This document shows positions 14,170-27,000 of a stretch of 64,000 bases of DNA, in pieces. Source of the DNA: Camelus ferus (Eukaryota); assembly GCF_009834535.1 (NCBI RefSeq), contig NC_045697.1, positions 53,012,001 to 53,076,000 of the forward strand, given 5' to 3'. A model generated the notes under the pieces. That model had not been told where the DNA came from. It saw only the letters and a program-made list of their open reading frames with translations, and did not search any database. The position numbers and the translations under genes were made by a program. Positions within the stretch are counted from its first letter, which is position 1, and each line of letters opens with the position of its first letter.

Positions 14170-14940
14170 TTATTTGGGAGAGAAAATGAGCAACTTTTCC
14201 TTACAGAAGAATTCTAATTAATAAATGGAAAAGGAATGAGAGAAATAGAAAGTTATCATTAGAATTCCACAGTAATCACTGCTGCAAGCATGATCTATAG
14301 ATGAATGTTAAAATTAGTGGTCAAAACTTTAAGGGGAAAGAGTGTTTTCTTAGCTAAAAACTATGTTCCCCAAATATTTATTGAGTCAAAAGGGAAAAAT
14401 AGTAAATTTATGGTGGAGAAGCCTAGTAGATACCATTTCAGCAACCCATAAGACATATTTGATACCATGTATCCCCTGAAGAAGGGCACATCACCTCTGT
14501 AATATTCTTCCTTAAAATTTATAACCTCAATCTAATTGTGAGAAAACATCAGAAAAATCCAAATTGAATTAGTCAACAAAACTACTGACCAATATTCTTC
14601 AAAAACATCGAGGTCATTAAAGACAAGGAGTGACTGAGGAGTTGTTACCAATTGGAAATGGCTAGAGGAACATGGCAACTAAATGAAGTGTAGGATCATG
14701 AATTGTACTCCGGAACAGAAAAAGAACAGTAGAAGAAAAACTTGTGAGTCCCACATAAAATCTGTAGTTTAGTTAATAATATTGTGCTAATATAAATTTC
14801 TTAGTTTTGATAATTGTACCATAGTTATGTGAGATGTTAACATTATGAGAAGTTGGTTGAAGGGTATGTGGAAACTCACTGTACCATCTTTACAACCCTT
14901 CCATAAGTTTATTTCCAAATAAAAAGTTAAAACATAAAAA
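14170..14940 (+). mobile_element. Old L1 (L1MC/ME-like) 3' region
   Basis: gataattgtaccatagttatgtgagatgttaacatt...ggaaactcactgtaccatct...aaataaaaagtt typical of old L1 3' ends. Confidence 0.7.
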
Positions 14941-17900
14941 GCAACTTTTACTGCAAAAGAAAAAGTTCAGCTATGTCTCTTCATCTTGATTCAGTCCTCA
15001 GCGTAGGATTGCAGCCCTAACCATCTCATGATAAAGAGGAAATTAAAAAAATATATAAGTGCAGTTAGGTTTTCCTTTTGTAAAGAGGATTTCATTACAG
15101 AATACTGAAGTATTGGCTGTATACAGCCACTCCTTTACTGTCAAGGTCTGCAAAGCACTTTCCTGTGAGAAGAAAATTACATGTTGTACAGAATCAGAGA
15201 TGTTTCTGAAACTTCTCTTCGCAATCAATAGAATTTCATCTCCATCATCATGTATCCCAGCCTGCTTATTTTCACTTTGTAATTAGAAAAGGAGACGGAA
15301 ATAATAGTATATGTTTAAATATTACTTTATACTTTGCAAAGTAGTTTTAAATTTATATTTCTTTTTATCCTCACCAGCCCTATGAGATACGGTCATTATT
15401 ATTAGCATTCCTGTTTTGCAGATTTCAAAATATAGGCTCTGGGATGTTTGTTAAATGCTAAGGACACAGAACTTCCTATTTGGCTAGTACTCTTTTCTAC
15501 CTCCCTGAAAGTTTCCTACATTCTCTGAAAGTGAAAGTGAAAGGTCAAATTCTTTTGCCTTTACAGGTCAGAAAACAGGGTAACACTTATAATGTAATAA
15601 TAATAATAGCAACACCCAGCCTTTATTGCAGTCTGACAATATGGTAAAGAGTTTGCCAAATATTTTCTAAATATATAATCTCATTTAACCTTTTTTAAAA
15701 ATAATTTTATAAGGGGGTCAAAGGAGACCCGGAGAGGATTGGCATCTGATTGGATGTGGTAGACAGGAGAAGAGGGAAGCATAAAGGGTTATGATGATTA
15801 TAAGCTTTGGTGATGTGGAATATGGTGGGACCACTAACAAAAATAGAGGGTGCAGAAAGAGGAACATGTGGGAAGGTAATTTCATTTTTGAGTATGCTGT
15901 GTGCACTGTTGACTCGACCCCCTATTTGCCTTCTTTAAAGCACTTAGAATTATTTGTTAAGACTACACAAAATGTAAAAAATGAAAAAAAGATTAAACAA
16001 AATGTAAATACACATGCTATTATAATTGTTCAGAGACTAAGACTTGATCAGATATGAGAATGTAAGCTCATAACTTTCAGCAGATCATCCAGTATCCATT
16101 TGCTTGGCATGATGTGAAAGCTTCCCTAAGCATGTTCCTGAAGACTGCATTGGTGCAGCTAGCTTCAGTTAAACCAATGAGATATCCCTTTGAAAAGTAA
16201 ATCATACTACAATTACAGTGTGTGGGGCAGAGGGGGGCGTGGAGGGGTTAAAGGATTGATAATTAACTATGAGACGCTTGCTGACACACAGTCTGATTTG
16301 AACAGTGATTAAAGAAAAAGTGTCTACAGTTATTATAGTAGACAGGTTTTCCCCCTCTATAACCCCGCAACTACATCCCTCATAGTGGAGATGGTGGGGA
16401 GAGACACTACATTATTAAGCAATCATACATGAGCTGATCAAGCACATATAGGGCCCACAAGAATGTACAAAACAGTCTTTCAGATTAGAGACAAGTCCTT
16501 CAACCCACACGACTCCACAGGGGCCCAGGGTTCAAACATCCTCACCAGTTATTCACAGACAAGTGACCCTTCATATCTCATGGAAATAACTGTTTATGCT
16601 TCTAGAGTACTTTACATTTGGTAGAAGAGAAAATGAGCCTTCTCTTGGGACTTACATCTTTTCTATGATCTCTAGATTCCTTTAATCCAGGCCCACACTT
16701 TCTTGTCCCATGTTTCCAGAGCGAGCATGTTGTCAGTCACATCTGATTCCCCACTGGGTGGGGCTCATTGAAGGGGCATCTTGTCCCATGCGTGGAGTGT
16801 CTATGAGCCAATCAGACCTTCCACACTGCCAAGATGGACCACCTTGTAGCTGGTCTTGCATTTGATATTATTCCTAAAAAACTCTCTTATCCCTCCTTTC
16901 ATTATCTTTCTTCTTTACCAAATTGCCCCTCCCCTACCCCTGTTACCCTCGGTATGTATGTCGCAGCAATGGGGAGAGATGAAGGAAAGTATACCAAATT
17001 ATCTCACTAATTTTCAGGTAGGGAGAAGGGGGAAAAGAGGCTCACAGTGGTAGGAAATTCCGACTTCACTTTTCATGGCGATAGATCAACAGAGATCATT
17101 GAAGATTTCTTACTGTACAAAATCCCTTTAAAAATGTAAGGGAACTGGTTGTATAAATTATGGTTAATCGATAAAGTAGAACACAATTTAGACATTAAAA
17201 TTATGTATTAGCAAAATAATGACAGGAGAAAATATTTATGGTATATAGTTAAGTGGAAGAAGCATGTTATGTAACAGTATATATTACTGCAGAATAAACT
17301 CAACTTTGTGAAAAAGATATGTAAAATATGCATAGAAAAAAGTGACTAGAAGGTACACATCAAAGTGTTAATGTTAGTAACATATGAATGGTGGGATTTG
17401 GGTTACTAATTTTCTTTCTTGTAATTTTCTTCGTTTAAAAACTTTTCTGTTTTAAAAAACAGCTGGTGACTGGCTGAAAGTTCTCATTATTTGATAAACT
17501 CCACCAGCTCCAAAGAATAGTGGATATTTTTACAGTCCTGATATAATAATATGTTTTACTTTTTAAATGAAAACATATATACATATTCAAAGTAAGCAGA
17601 ATAACTTGTGTAATGTTTTGGAGTTCAGCATACACACAAACATATTCACATACCCTTCATATCAAAGTCTTGTTCATTTCTTTTTTTAATTCGGGACAAA
17701 GAGGGACCATAAACACTTAATTTTTGAGAATTCCAAATGTATTGTATTTTTAGTGAATACCCACTTCTTATTTGATATACAGTGGTGTGGGGCACCATAT
17801 GGGGTTGTTCCTATTTTATCTGAATCAGCAACCAAGCCCCAGTTGAGAACAATGGGGGTGAGTATCCACATTCTCAGTTTCAGGGGACCGTCAGGTGTTT

Positions 17901-18039
17901 ATTGAGATCACACACCTCCTGGAGCATCATACACCTTTTGATTGTTAGCTGATCTTCCCCCTGCCAAAGATACTGTGGCATGGGTTAGGAGTAAAGACAG
18001 GGAGATTTTTCTGGCTTCAATAATGATAGATTACTAATT

Positions 18040-18870
18040 TAGACTGATTTTCCCTGCTCAAGACAACTAAAAACTGAATGATACATTAAAAAATGTTAAA
18101 ACCATCAAAGAGTTAATCAGCTAGTAAAGAATCACTGGGCCAAACCCAGGTGGAGATTGATGTCTGGAAAGGAGAGTCCAGCATTTAGGGCTGTTTTTGC
18201 GCTGGTGCTGGTTGCTGATCTGGAAGTGGCTAAAGTGTATGTTCAATAGGCTGGGTGGCCTGGAGGGACAACAGTCAGAGTCCAGGGCCCACCAAATGTG
18301 GGAGCCCTGGAAAGCTACTCCCCAGGTGGATTAGGGCCCAGCAGGGGTGAACTAGAAGTAAGTCAGCCCTCGAGCGACTGCAGCCTGCCTTTCTGTGATC
18401 TGAGGGGCCCAGAAAAATCTTTAACTCTAAAATTGGATTAGGATGATCCAGGTTGTTGTTTCCCTGGCCTCCTGGCAAAAATATGCTCTCTGGTCCTAAT
18501 TGTTTCTACAAAAAATTTTTAGAAACAAAATTTGACATGTTATCAAAGATAATCTGATTTAGGAGGAGACAAGAAACCGTGAGGAGGAATGAGAAGAAAA
18601 ACAGACAATAGGAAGAAACAGACGGGGAATCAAGATAATTAGAATTATACTCTGCTTTGAAAAAACTAAGACTATATTTAAAGAAATAAAAGCAAAGCTT
18701 GAAAACTTTGACAGGGAATAGGAAACTATAAAATGCAATGTAGCAGATATCAGAAAGAGCCAAATAGAAATTCTGAAACTGAAAACACCAATAAACAAAA
18801 TTAAGAGAACAATGGATAGTTTAACAGTAGGCTAGATGCAGCTGGAGAAAGAACTCATGAATGACACGTA
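18040..18870 (+). mobile_element. Old L1 5'/ORF1 remnant
   Basis: A-rich, coiled-coil-like decayed ORF1 (gaaattctgaaactgaaaa...aatggatagtttaacagtaggctagatgcagctggagaaaga). Confidence 0.6.
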
Positions 18871-19883
18871 GATCCCAAGGTTAGAATGTAGGGTGACAGT
18901 AAACATCCTTAGCAATATATATTGACATCCAGGAGGTTGTACTCAAAATACTGAGGATGCAATGTGCGACATGAATATGTCCACAACACCGGTGGTGGCT
19001 ATCCACCTGGGATGATAATGGGGAGGCGGGGTGATGATCTGCACAGAAAGTGATCTTGGATGTGCTACCTTACTTCTATGACTTCTCAATTGTTCTATTC
19101 TCAGTTGCACAGGGACATTGAAATAAAGTAGTAGGATCTTTAGTTCCTAAAAATATTTTCGTAGATTCTATAAGGGACAAAAATATACTACTTGCTGAGA
19201 TTGTCTCATATGTAACGTCTTCTCGAAGGTTAAAGTTAAAGGAAGTTTAAATTAGTTGTTCTTTTGAATTTTCCTCTGAAGTGAATAATTGTTACAATTT
19301 TTGTCCTGTGTGTTGATCTAAAATCTGTCACATACCCATTTCATATTAGGTATATAGTTACCTGTTTTAGTTTAACAAATTTAAAGTTTTAAGAATATTA
19401 ATAATTAAAAGTTCAACTTGTATTTGCTTAGTCCCATTAAATTTCCTGAATATGGCTTTTTGCATCTTAGATTAGATGTCTACAGGTCGGGTCTGCCAGT
19501 ATTTTACCGGGAGGATGAGCCTGCAATTTTATGACCCTTTAGTGTGACTTCTTTTCCTGGCCTGTGGAGGTCTTCCTACCCAAGGGATAATGTAGACAGT
19601 TGGAGGAGTTATAAAATCTTGTTTCCTTCTTTCCTACTTACTCTTATGGTATTACAAGGCATTAATCACTTACATACTTTGCTCATACTCTCTGTGGTTT
19701 TCCTTAAATGTTGTCCTTAATCACCCTTCCTCCTGACTGCTTGAGTTCTTGCTTGCATTTATGGATAGCTATCATAGTTGAGACTTTATTTGTTCCTAGA
19801 AGTACCCATTCCTCCTAAAGGGGCCATTGCTGTCTTTTCCTTGGCTCCGGCTGGTTCATTATGCTTTTAGATTTACTTTCTCA

Positions 19884-19902
19884 GGACCACGAGGGGGCGA
19901 CG
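19884..19902 (+). promoter_or_regulatory. CTCF-like motif
   Basis: GGACCACGAGGGGGCGACG with retained CpGs in CpG-poor DNA. Confidence 0.5.
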
Positions 19903-20029
19903 TTTTCTATCTCTTAGTCATCATTTCTAGCAAACAGTATCAATTTGCAAACACTGTGGGCTAATATTTTAAAATACTAACCAGTAATTTCTTGATATAT
20001 TTAAAAATTAATATCATTAAACAACACAA

Positions 20030-21430
20030 TTTTAAGTTTACAGAAATATTGAGCAGAAAGTACAGAGAGCTCCTCTTTAATTGCTAATTACAGTTAATCT
20101 TATTGCTAATATCTTGCATTAGTGTCATACATTTGTTACAATTGATGATCCAATATTGACACATTTTATTAACTAAATCCAACAGTTTACATTCTGATTT
20201 ACTCTTTATGTTGTATATTATGTGGGTTTTGACAAATTTGTATATACCTACCATCTCTGTATCTGTATTACACAGAATAGTTTCATTGCCCTAAAAATCC
20301 CCTGTACTTCACCTGTTCATCCTTCCTCTCCCCAGAACTCTGGCAGTCATCGACCGTTTTACTGTCACCACAGTTTTGCCTTTTCCAAAATGTCATCTAG
20401 CTGGAATCATATAGTATATATCTTTGCATATTGGCTTCTTTTGCTTAGCAGTATGCATTTAAGATTACTTCATGACTTTCTGTGACTTGATAACTGACTA
20501 ATACTCCATTGTATGGTTTACCACAGTTTTCTTATCCATTCAACTATTGAAGGACATCTTGTTTACTTCCAGGTTTGGCAATTATGAGTAAAGTTGCTAT
20601 ACACATTTGTATGCAGATTCTTTTGTGAACTAAAGTTTTCAGTTCGTATGGGTAAATACTAAGGAGCACAGTTGCTTGATCATATGGCTAAGAGTATCTT
20701 AAGTTTTGTAAGAAACTGCCAAACTGTCTCCCAAAGTAGCTGTACCATTTTGCATTTCTACCGGCAATGAATGGGAGTTCCTGTCGCTTCACATCCTTAG
20801 CAGTATTTGACGTTACCAGTGTTGTGGATTTTAACCTTTCTAATAGGTGTTTAATGGTATCTCATTGGTTTTAAATTTGCAATTTCGTGCTGACATATGA
20901 TGTTGAGCATTGTTTCCCGTATTCTGAATAATTGCCATCTGTATGTCTTCTTTGGTGAGGTGTCTGTTCAGGATTTTTGCCTATTCAAAAAAATTGGATT
21001 GCTTGTTTTGTTATTGTTGAATTTTATGAATTCTTTCTATATTTTGCATGCCAGTCCTTTATCAGGTATATGTTTTGCTAAGATTTTTCACCTAGTCTGT
21101 GGCTTGTCTTTTTATTTTCTTAACACTATCTTTTGCAGTGCAGAAAAATTTAACTTTAATGAAAGTCTAACTTACCAATTTTTCCTTCATAGAGTGTACT
21201 TTAGATAAGCTATCTAAAAAGTCATCACCAAACCTAAGATCATCTAGATATACTCCTACATTATATACTAGGAATCTCTAGCTTTGCATTTTATGTTTCG
21301 GTATATAAATTTTTTTTTTAAGACTCCTCTATTTTTATTTATTTATTTATTTTTTGCATTTTTTTTCTAGGTCTGTGAAATTAATTTGAGTTAATTTTTG
21401 TGAAATGTGTAAGGTCAATATCTATTCTTT
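20030..21430 (-). mobile_element. Old L1 (L1MB/MC-like) 3' portion
   Basis: gtaagaaactgccaaactgtctcccaaagtagctgtaccattttgcatt and related L1 reverse-complement motifs. Confidence 0.8.
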
Positions 21431-21716
21431 TCTGTCTCTTCATATGACAATGATTTTGTATTGTCATTTTATGGTCCACTCTTTTCTCTAACACTATTGA
21501 TTAAATTTGATTGATTTTTTTTTTTTTTGGTAATTTAGAGAAGTTTCTTTCAACTTTATATCTTGTTGTGGAAATTTAAGTTCAAAACCCATTTCCCCCA
21601 AATACTAGCTCCTGAGTGACCTTGGAAATGTTACTAACACAAAGCTTTAGATTCCCCATTGGTTAAATAGGGGTGTTACTTTTAATGCTGTGGCTCTTCT
21701 TCTATTATATTTAGAC

Positions 21717-21921
21717 CTGCATTGTCCAATATCGTAGCCACTAACCAAATGTGGCTGTTAAGCACTTGAAATGTGGCTAGTCTAAATTAAGATGCAAATA
21801 GAAATACACATCTACTTCCAAAGATTTAGTAACACCCCTCCCCCCCAAAAAAGATAAAATAGATCATTGATTTTTTGTATTGCATATATGTCAGGCTATA
21901 ATATTGTATATATACACATAT

Positions 21922-21970
<49 letters not shown>

Positions 21971-22085
21971 GTTAAATAAAATATATTAAAATTAATTTCA
22001 CCTACTTTTTACCTTTTTCATGTGGCTACTAGGAAATTTTAAATGACATATGTGGTTCATGTTATATTTCGATTGGACAGCACTT
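21717..22085 (-). mobile_element. MER33/MER3-like hAT element with internal (CA)n
   Basis: Terminal inverted repeats tgtccaata...attggaca; repeated atgtggcta; (CA)21 at 21927-21968. Confidence 0.8.
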
Positions 22086-22347
22086 CTCCAGACCTTGGTA
22101 TCCATTTGCCTTACCAAGACTAAATTAGAGCTTAGTTTTTCAAAAATATTTTGTACTTCCCACATAGAATGCTCTCACTATACATTATTTCCCTTTGCTT
22201 TGTACGCCAAGCAGAATTTGTCACCTAGAACAAGGGAGGTGTTATTATGACTTTTTGGCATCTAATAAGGATGTAAATAGGATGTTACAAAAATAACACA
22301 AACACAAGGGAAGGAAGGGCAAATAGAACTGGGTAAAAGTGGTGAGG

Positions 22348-22740
22348 CAGAGATGGATTGATTATGAAGCTAATAAAGCTTAAGCTTCAGGGCCTTTTTC
22401 TTGCCCTGGCTCCTTCCAAAACCCTAAGGGGATGCTAGCAATGTGTTCACAGAGTCTTACGTTTGTAGCTCTTGAAAATGTAAGATATTTTAACTACAAC
22501 CAGTAACAACATCTGTCTCTCTCCATGGTGGCTTTCCTTTCATCATACTTTGCATCAAAAGGCATTGTGATGATCATAGGTATTTTTGAGATTTGCCTAA
22601 GAAAGGTTGAATTGAGGAGAAATTGATTTTGGGTTTAGTGGGATAAATGTGTGTGGTTTGTGAATGATTCAGTTGCTCTTGTTGTTCCACTTCAGAAATG
22701 GCTTTCAGGAATACTCCTACCCCTTACCGTCTTATCGAAC
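22348..22740 (+). mobile_element. hAT-Tip100-like (Zaphod/MER115-type) fragment
   Basis: gaagctaataaagcttaagcttcagggcc...ctagcaatgtgttcaca; a related shorter copy lies at ~33200-33460. Confidence 0.6.
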
Positions 22741-23728
22741 TCATCATGTTAACCTTGTGGGATGTCTATAACAGGAGTTTTTGCCCCTGTTTTACAGATA
22801 AGTAAAATGAAGCTCAGAGAGACTCTTTTTTTTCTATAGAGGGTTACCTAGGAAATCTTTCGATTAACACTTGTAGTAAGTATCACATGACACTAATGGC
22901 AAAATAATTTACTCTCATTTGACTAAAAAAATCTTGAAAATTCATAATATGTTATTCAGCTCTGCACATCTAAAACACCGTGGGTAATAAATCTTTAGCC
23001 ACTACTAAATTTTTAACCATCTGAAAAACTTAACATGGAATATATTTTGTGAGTATATATTTAGGTTTGTTCCATACTGATGAGGCTGATGAAAATATAG
23101 TGGGAAATGTTATAAATATCTGTTGATCTCAAGTGAAAATGTTTAAATTCAATGCCCATGTCTTTCCTACGTGGGGCCTCTCTGTAGTTTGTGTTAATGC
23201 CTCTCAGTCCCTCCCACTCTGAATGGAGTGCAATGGTCTGGGCTATACACTTAAATAAGATTAAATTCTACCTTTTAGATGTGCAGAGCAAGAGTTTCTT
23301 CTTTAGTGAGTACTTTTATCAATGTCATTGCTAACTCTCAGACATACCAAACTAAACATTAAATGCCAGAATCACTAGTATATAAGCAGCTTGAGGATAG
23401 GCAATATGACATAATTTTTGGCTTCTGCATATTTTAGATGCACATATAATTTGCTTTTAATTTGCAATTAATTTGCTTGTTGAAAATTAAATTTGTGGCT
23501 CCTATGGGAGACAGTGGGTCTTAAGGTGGTTGTGAAGAAATTAGAACTTGTCCTTAGACAGCTGGATGTCCACTGCCATGACTGCTGCACTGCCTGCTTC
23601 CAGAGAAAGTCCAGGCCGTGAGTAATCACCTAGGTGTCCTGAGGTGATGGAGTTTCTGAAATGGTCTGACTTTCTTTCACCAACCCCCAACTCCGCAAAG
23701 AAGAAAAAGAGTCAATTTCAAAATACAT

Positions 23729-23734
23729 TTTAAT
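23729..23734 (-). terminator. Probable AMTN polyadenylation signal (ATTAAA)
   Basis: ATTAAA ~260 nt after the stop, followed by a T-rich element; a second ATTAAA at 23794-23799. Confidence 0.6.
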
Positions 23735-23995
23735 ATATATATCATCCAGGTCCAAAGTGGCATAATGTTATATTTCAAAGACAAATTTATCCGTTTAATT
23801 CTATTTCAGAAGTCAGTATTCTCCAGGAAGTATATATTTTCAGAAATTTCAAGAACATTTCTATAGGTAAACTAAGAATGAATTTCTTCTGATACTCTCC
23901 AGTGTGTCTCAGCCTATTCTGTAATATGATCAATGAAAAAGATTCTCATGTGTCACCACATTTGAGGCGGCTTAGTTGAAAAAATTTGAGACAGC

Positions 23996-24006
23996 TTACT
24001 GAATTC
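23996..24006 (-). CDS. AMTN: AMTN exon 9 coding part, (G)IQ*
   Basis: ttcttccag|GA ATT CAG TAA completes the phase-1 Gly codon. Confidence 0.93.
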
Positions 24007-27000
24007 CTGGAAGAAAATAAAACACTTTTAAATTTAGGTAAAAGCATTGAATTTAAACATTTTAATTTGAGATCAAAATTTCTTTTCTAGGGTCAAAAGT
24101 ATCAATAGCGAATCATCCTTTTGTCCATTTGGACATTTGGAACACTTGGGTCTGGACATCCTCACAGATTAAACGATTATCTCTGTTGGTGCTAGAAGAG
24201 CTTATTTTTGCCACATTTTAAAAGTTCCATCTGAGGGGAATGGCACATGGGTTCATCTACTGTGCTAACTGCATCTATTACTAGTGGCTGCTTGCAACCT
24301 TTTGTTAGGAAGATTCTGAGACTCATCCATGATTAGGGAGGAGAAAAGAATATCTTGATTGATTAACTGTGTCCTGTGTGTGTTTGAGGGTTGTGGGGGC
24401 GGGGAGGATGGGAAAGGGAGAGCACCGTTTGTTTCCAAATATTTCTAGCTCTGATTTAACATAGAAGATAAGTTATGCCAGCAATTACATGTCTTCTTTC
24501 TGGTAGATTTGATAGGGTTGGTAGCCTAGTGAAAACACTCCCTCACATTGCTGCAATCAAATGTGATGAGTAAAAGGGCTCCCTGGTATTACTGGGATCT
24601 GCATTTGTCAAGGCAAGAACTCTCCTTCCACTTTGCAGATGACTTTCATGGCCCAGGGGCACATGAGCGGCTTGGAGAATTTACCATTTGGCGATGGTGT
24701 GGTGGTTTCCTCCATAGTGTGTGTGCCCCTTTGGATGCCTGCAGGGGTGGTCACTACAAAGTCATCATCTGTGCCACTGGGAGTTGGGAGGGGGCCCCAT
24801 GGCGTTCCCTGGTTGGCAGAATTTACTCCTGCTTGTCCTGCAGGAAGGATTCCGTTCTGGACATCTGGATTAGCCTGACTGGTGGGCTGGATGGCTCCAG
24901 GGAACAAGGGATGGAAGATAAGGCCTGTGAAGATTTGTGGGGCTGCTGGCTGGAATGAGGGAAGGAAAAAGAAAACAAAGTCAAAAGAACACATTTTAAG
25001 GTTGGTCAACCACCTTTTTCTTCTTGGTGGGTAGCAAGTTTGGGTAGGATTTGCAGATGGAGAGGGTAGAGCCAGTAAAGATTGAGCCTTCCTCGGAGGA
25101 AATGCCGCCCCGACCTGAGCCAAGCCTGATGCTGGTTTCATTACTAGGATTCCTTGATGTGCTCCATTTCCCTCAGGAAGGGAGAGCCAGAATCAAGTCA
25201 GGCCCAGGAAAAGGAATAATGCATAATTTGTTCATATCAGGTACAGCTGGAGGTAGAGCTAAGGCAGAGAATCCATACAATTACAGTGGGTTGCATCTGT
25301 GTTATTGACCCAAATCATAGTCTTTCACCCATATATATTTTAAAGTAATTTAAGAGATAAAATTAATGGAAAAATTAATTCAATCAATCCTTCTCTCATG
25401 GATTGTATCCCTTCAGATTTCTTTTAAGGTATTTTTCAAAGGCATTGGAATATTTAGTCAGAAATCTTTCTTTTGGTAATTCGGCCACTGGTGTATTCCT
25501 TGAGGTTATTCAGTGGATCTCCTCTCTATTGGACTGTCAATGATTTGCACACTGGTAATGAATGCTGTTGCTGCCTACAATTGTTCTTTTTTCCCCCTGG
25601 GAAAAAATTACTGTGAAATTTCTTCCAAAGAAGAAATAATTTGAAATCAGCTGGTTTTAGAGAGAGTTCGATGGCATTCTCAAAGAACAAAAAGGGTTGA
25701 AGTCTCATAATTAAGATACAGGTCCATTTCCTTGAGTGCGGTTCTCAATTGTTAATTTGCATAAGAGCCACTTAAGAGGTAGAAATATGCACTTTCAACC
25801 AGCACTCCAAGTTGTCCTGGTTTGATGGTCCAGGACTGAAGTTTGGAAAACACTGTCTTAGATTTATGTTGTACTGAAACCAGAATTAGACTTATGCCGG
25901 ATAAGAGACAGGAGTAGAGTACAGAAGTTTTCAGGTTAGGGGTTGTGACATCCATGCATTTGAAATAAAGAAAGTGGGTGGTACCATCATTTAAAAATAA
26001 GACAACAATAATAGATTATAAATTACCAAGTGCATTCTATATGTTAAGGGTAAATATTGTTTCATAAAATGCATATGTGTTGGCTGCATGAAAAATATAG
26101 CTGTTACTATGGATTTCACTAAAAAAAAAAAATGAAAACCACTGGTACAGTGGATAGAAGAATGATTTTCTATCTGGATCTATTCTTTTTTGACCTTGGG
26201 ACCTAAGTTGAGTAAGCTTTCAGAGCCACAGTTTCTATTTCTGTAAAGCTGGACTAAAAATCTCTGTTTTGTAATTTGTTGAGGATTAGAGGCAATATGT
26301 GTAAAAAGGTCTACTAAAATCCCTGTTTTACAGAATTGGGTCAATAACTGGTAGATATGGGTGCTCGTGTATAAATGTTGGCAAAATTGTTACTTTATTT
26401 TATTTATGGACAGTCTAGCAAGTCTCTACCTTTTCCATAATAGAAATATTTAAAGAACTGTCTTCCCAGATATTGCCTCAACTCTTTAGTTCAGTATCAT
26501 GTTTAGATACCACATTAATTCAAGTCACTTTTTTTCTAAAAATGACTTATGGGGAAATGTATAGAAGTGTTTAGTAATGGTAATATGAATTTTACCTAGG
26601 TTCAGCCCTCTAATTATTCATATGTATAGTGAAGAGTTCATTCATCACCATAAGAGGATAATTTCCTACAAGAATTAAAAATTTGTCAAGAAAATAAATC
26701 TTTCCTGCAATAAATACCAATATATGTATTGTTCTACATCTGCATGCATTTCAATAACTAACAGTCCTATATTTTAATCAATCTAAAGTGTAAAAATATG
26801 CATTGGCTTTCGGGATAGAACTGAATCTAACATCAAATATAGAGAACAAAAGCTAAGTCAAGTTAATGGGAAAGTAGATGGAGAAGGATGATGAAATCCC
26901 CAGCTGGACAAAGGATTTATCTAATGCAAAAACCTATAAAAATGTTCAGTTCATTGTAGTATGCACCAGGTTTAGGTTTTGTGGTCAAAAGAGACTATAT

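Noticed and set aside
18870..19130. GC-richer segment suspected to be a processed pseudogene fragment
   Set aside because: No recognisable translation, tail or TSD.
1..23700. AMBN exons downstream of AMTN
   Set aside because: No ameloblastin-like exon recognised; AMBN is expected further left, outside the window.
24548..24958. Plus-strand ORFs of 136 aa and 81 aa
   Set aside because: Antisense shadows of GC-rich AMTN exon 8; no independent gene signals.
24608..25141. 177-aa ORF as a single-exon gene
   Set aside because: It is AMTN exon 8 plus open intronic flanks; clear splice sites lie inside it.
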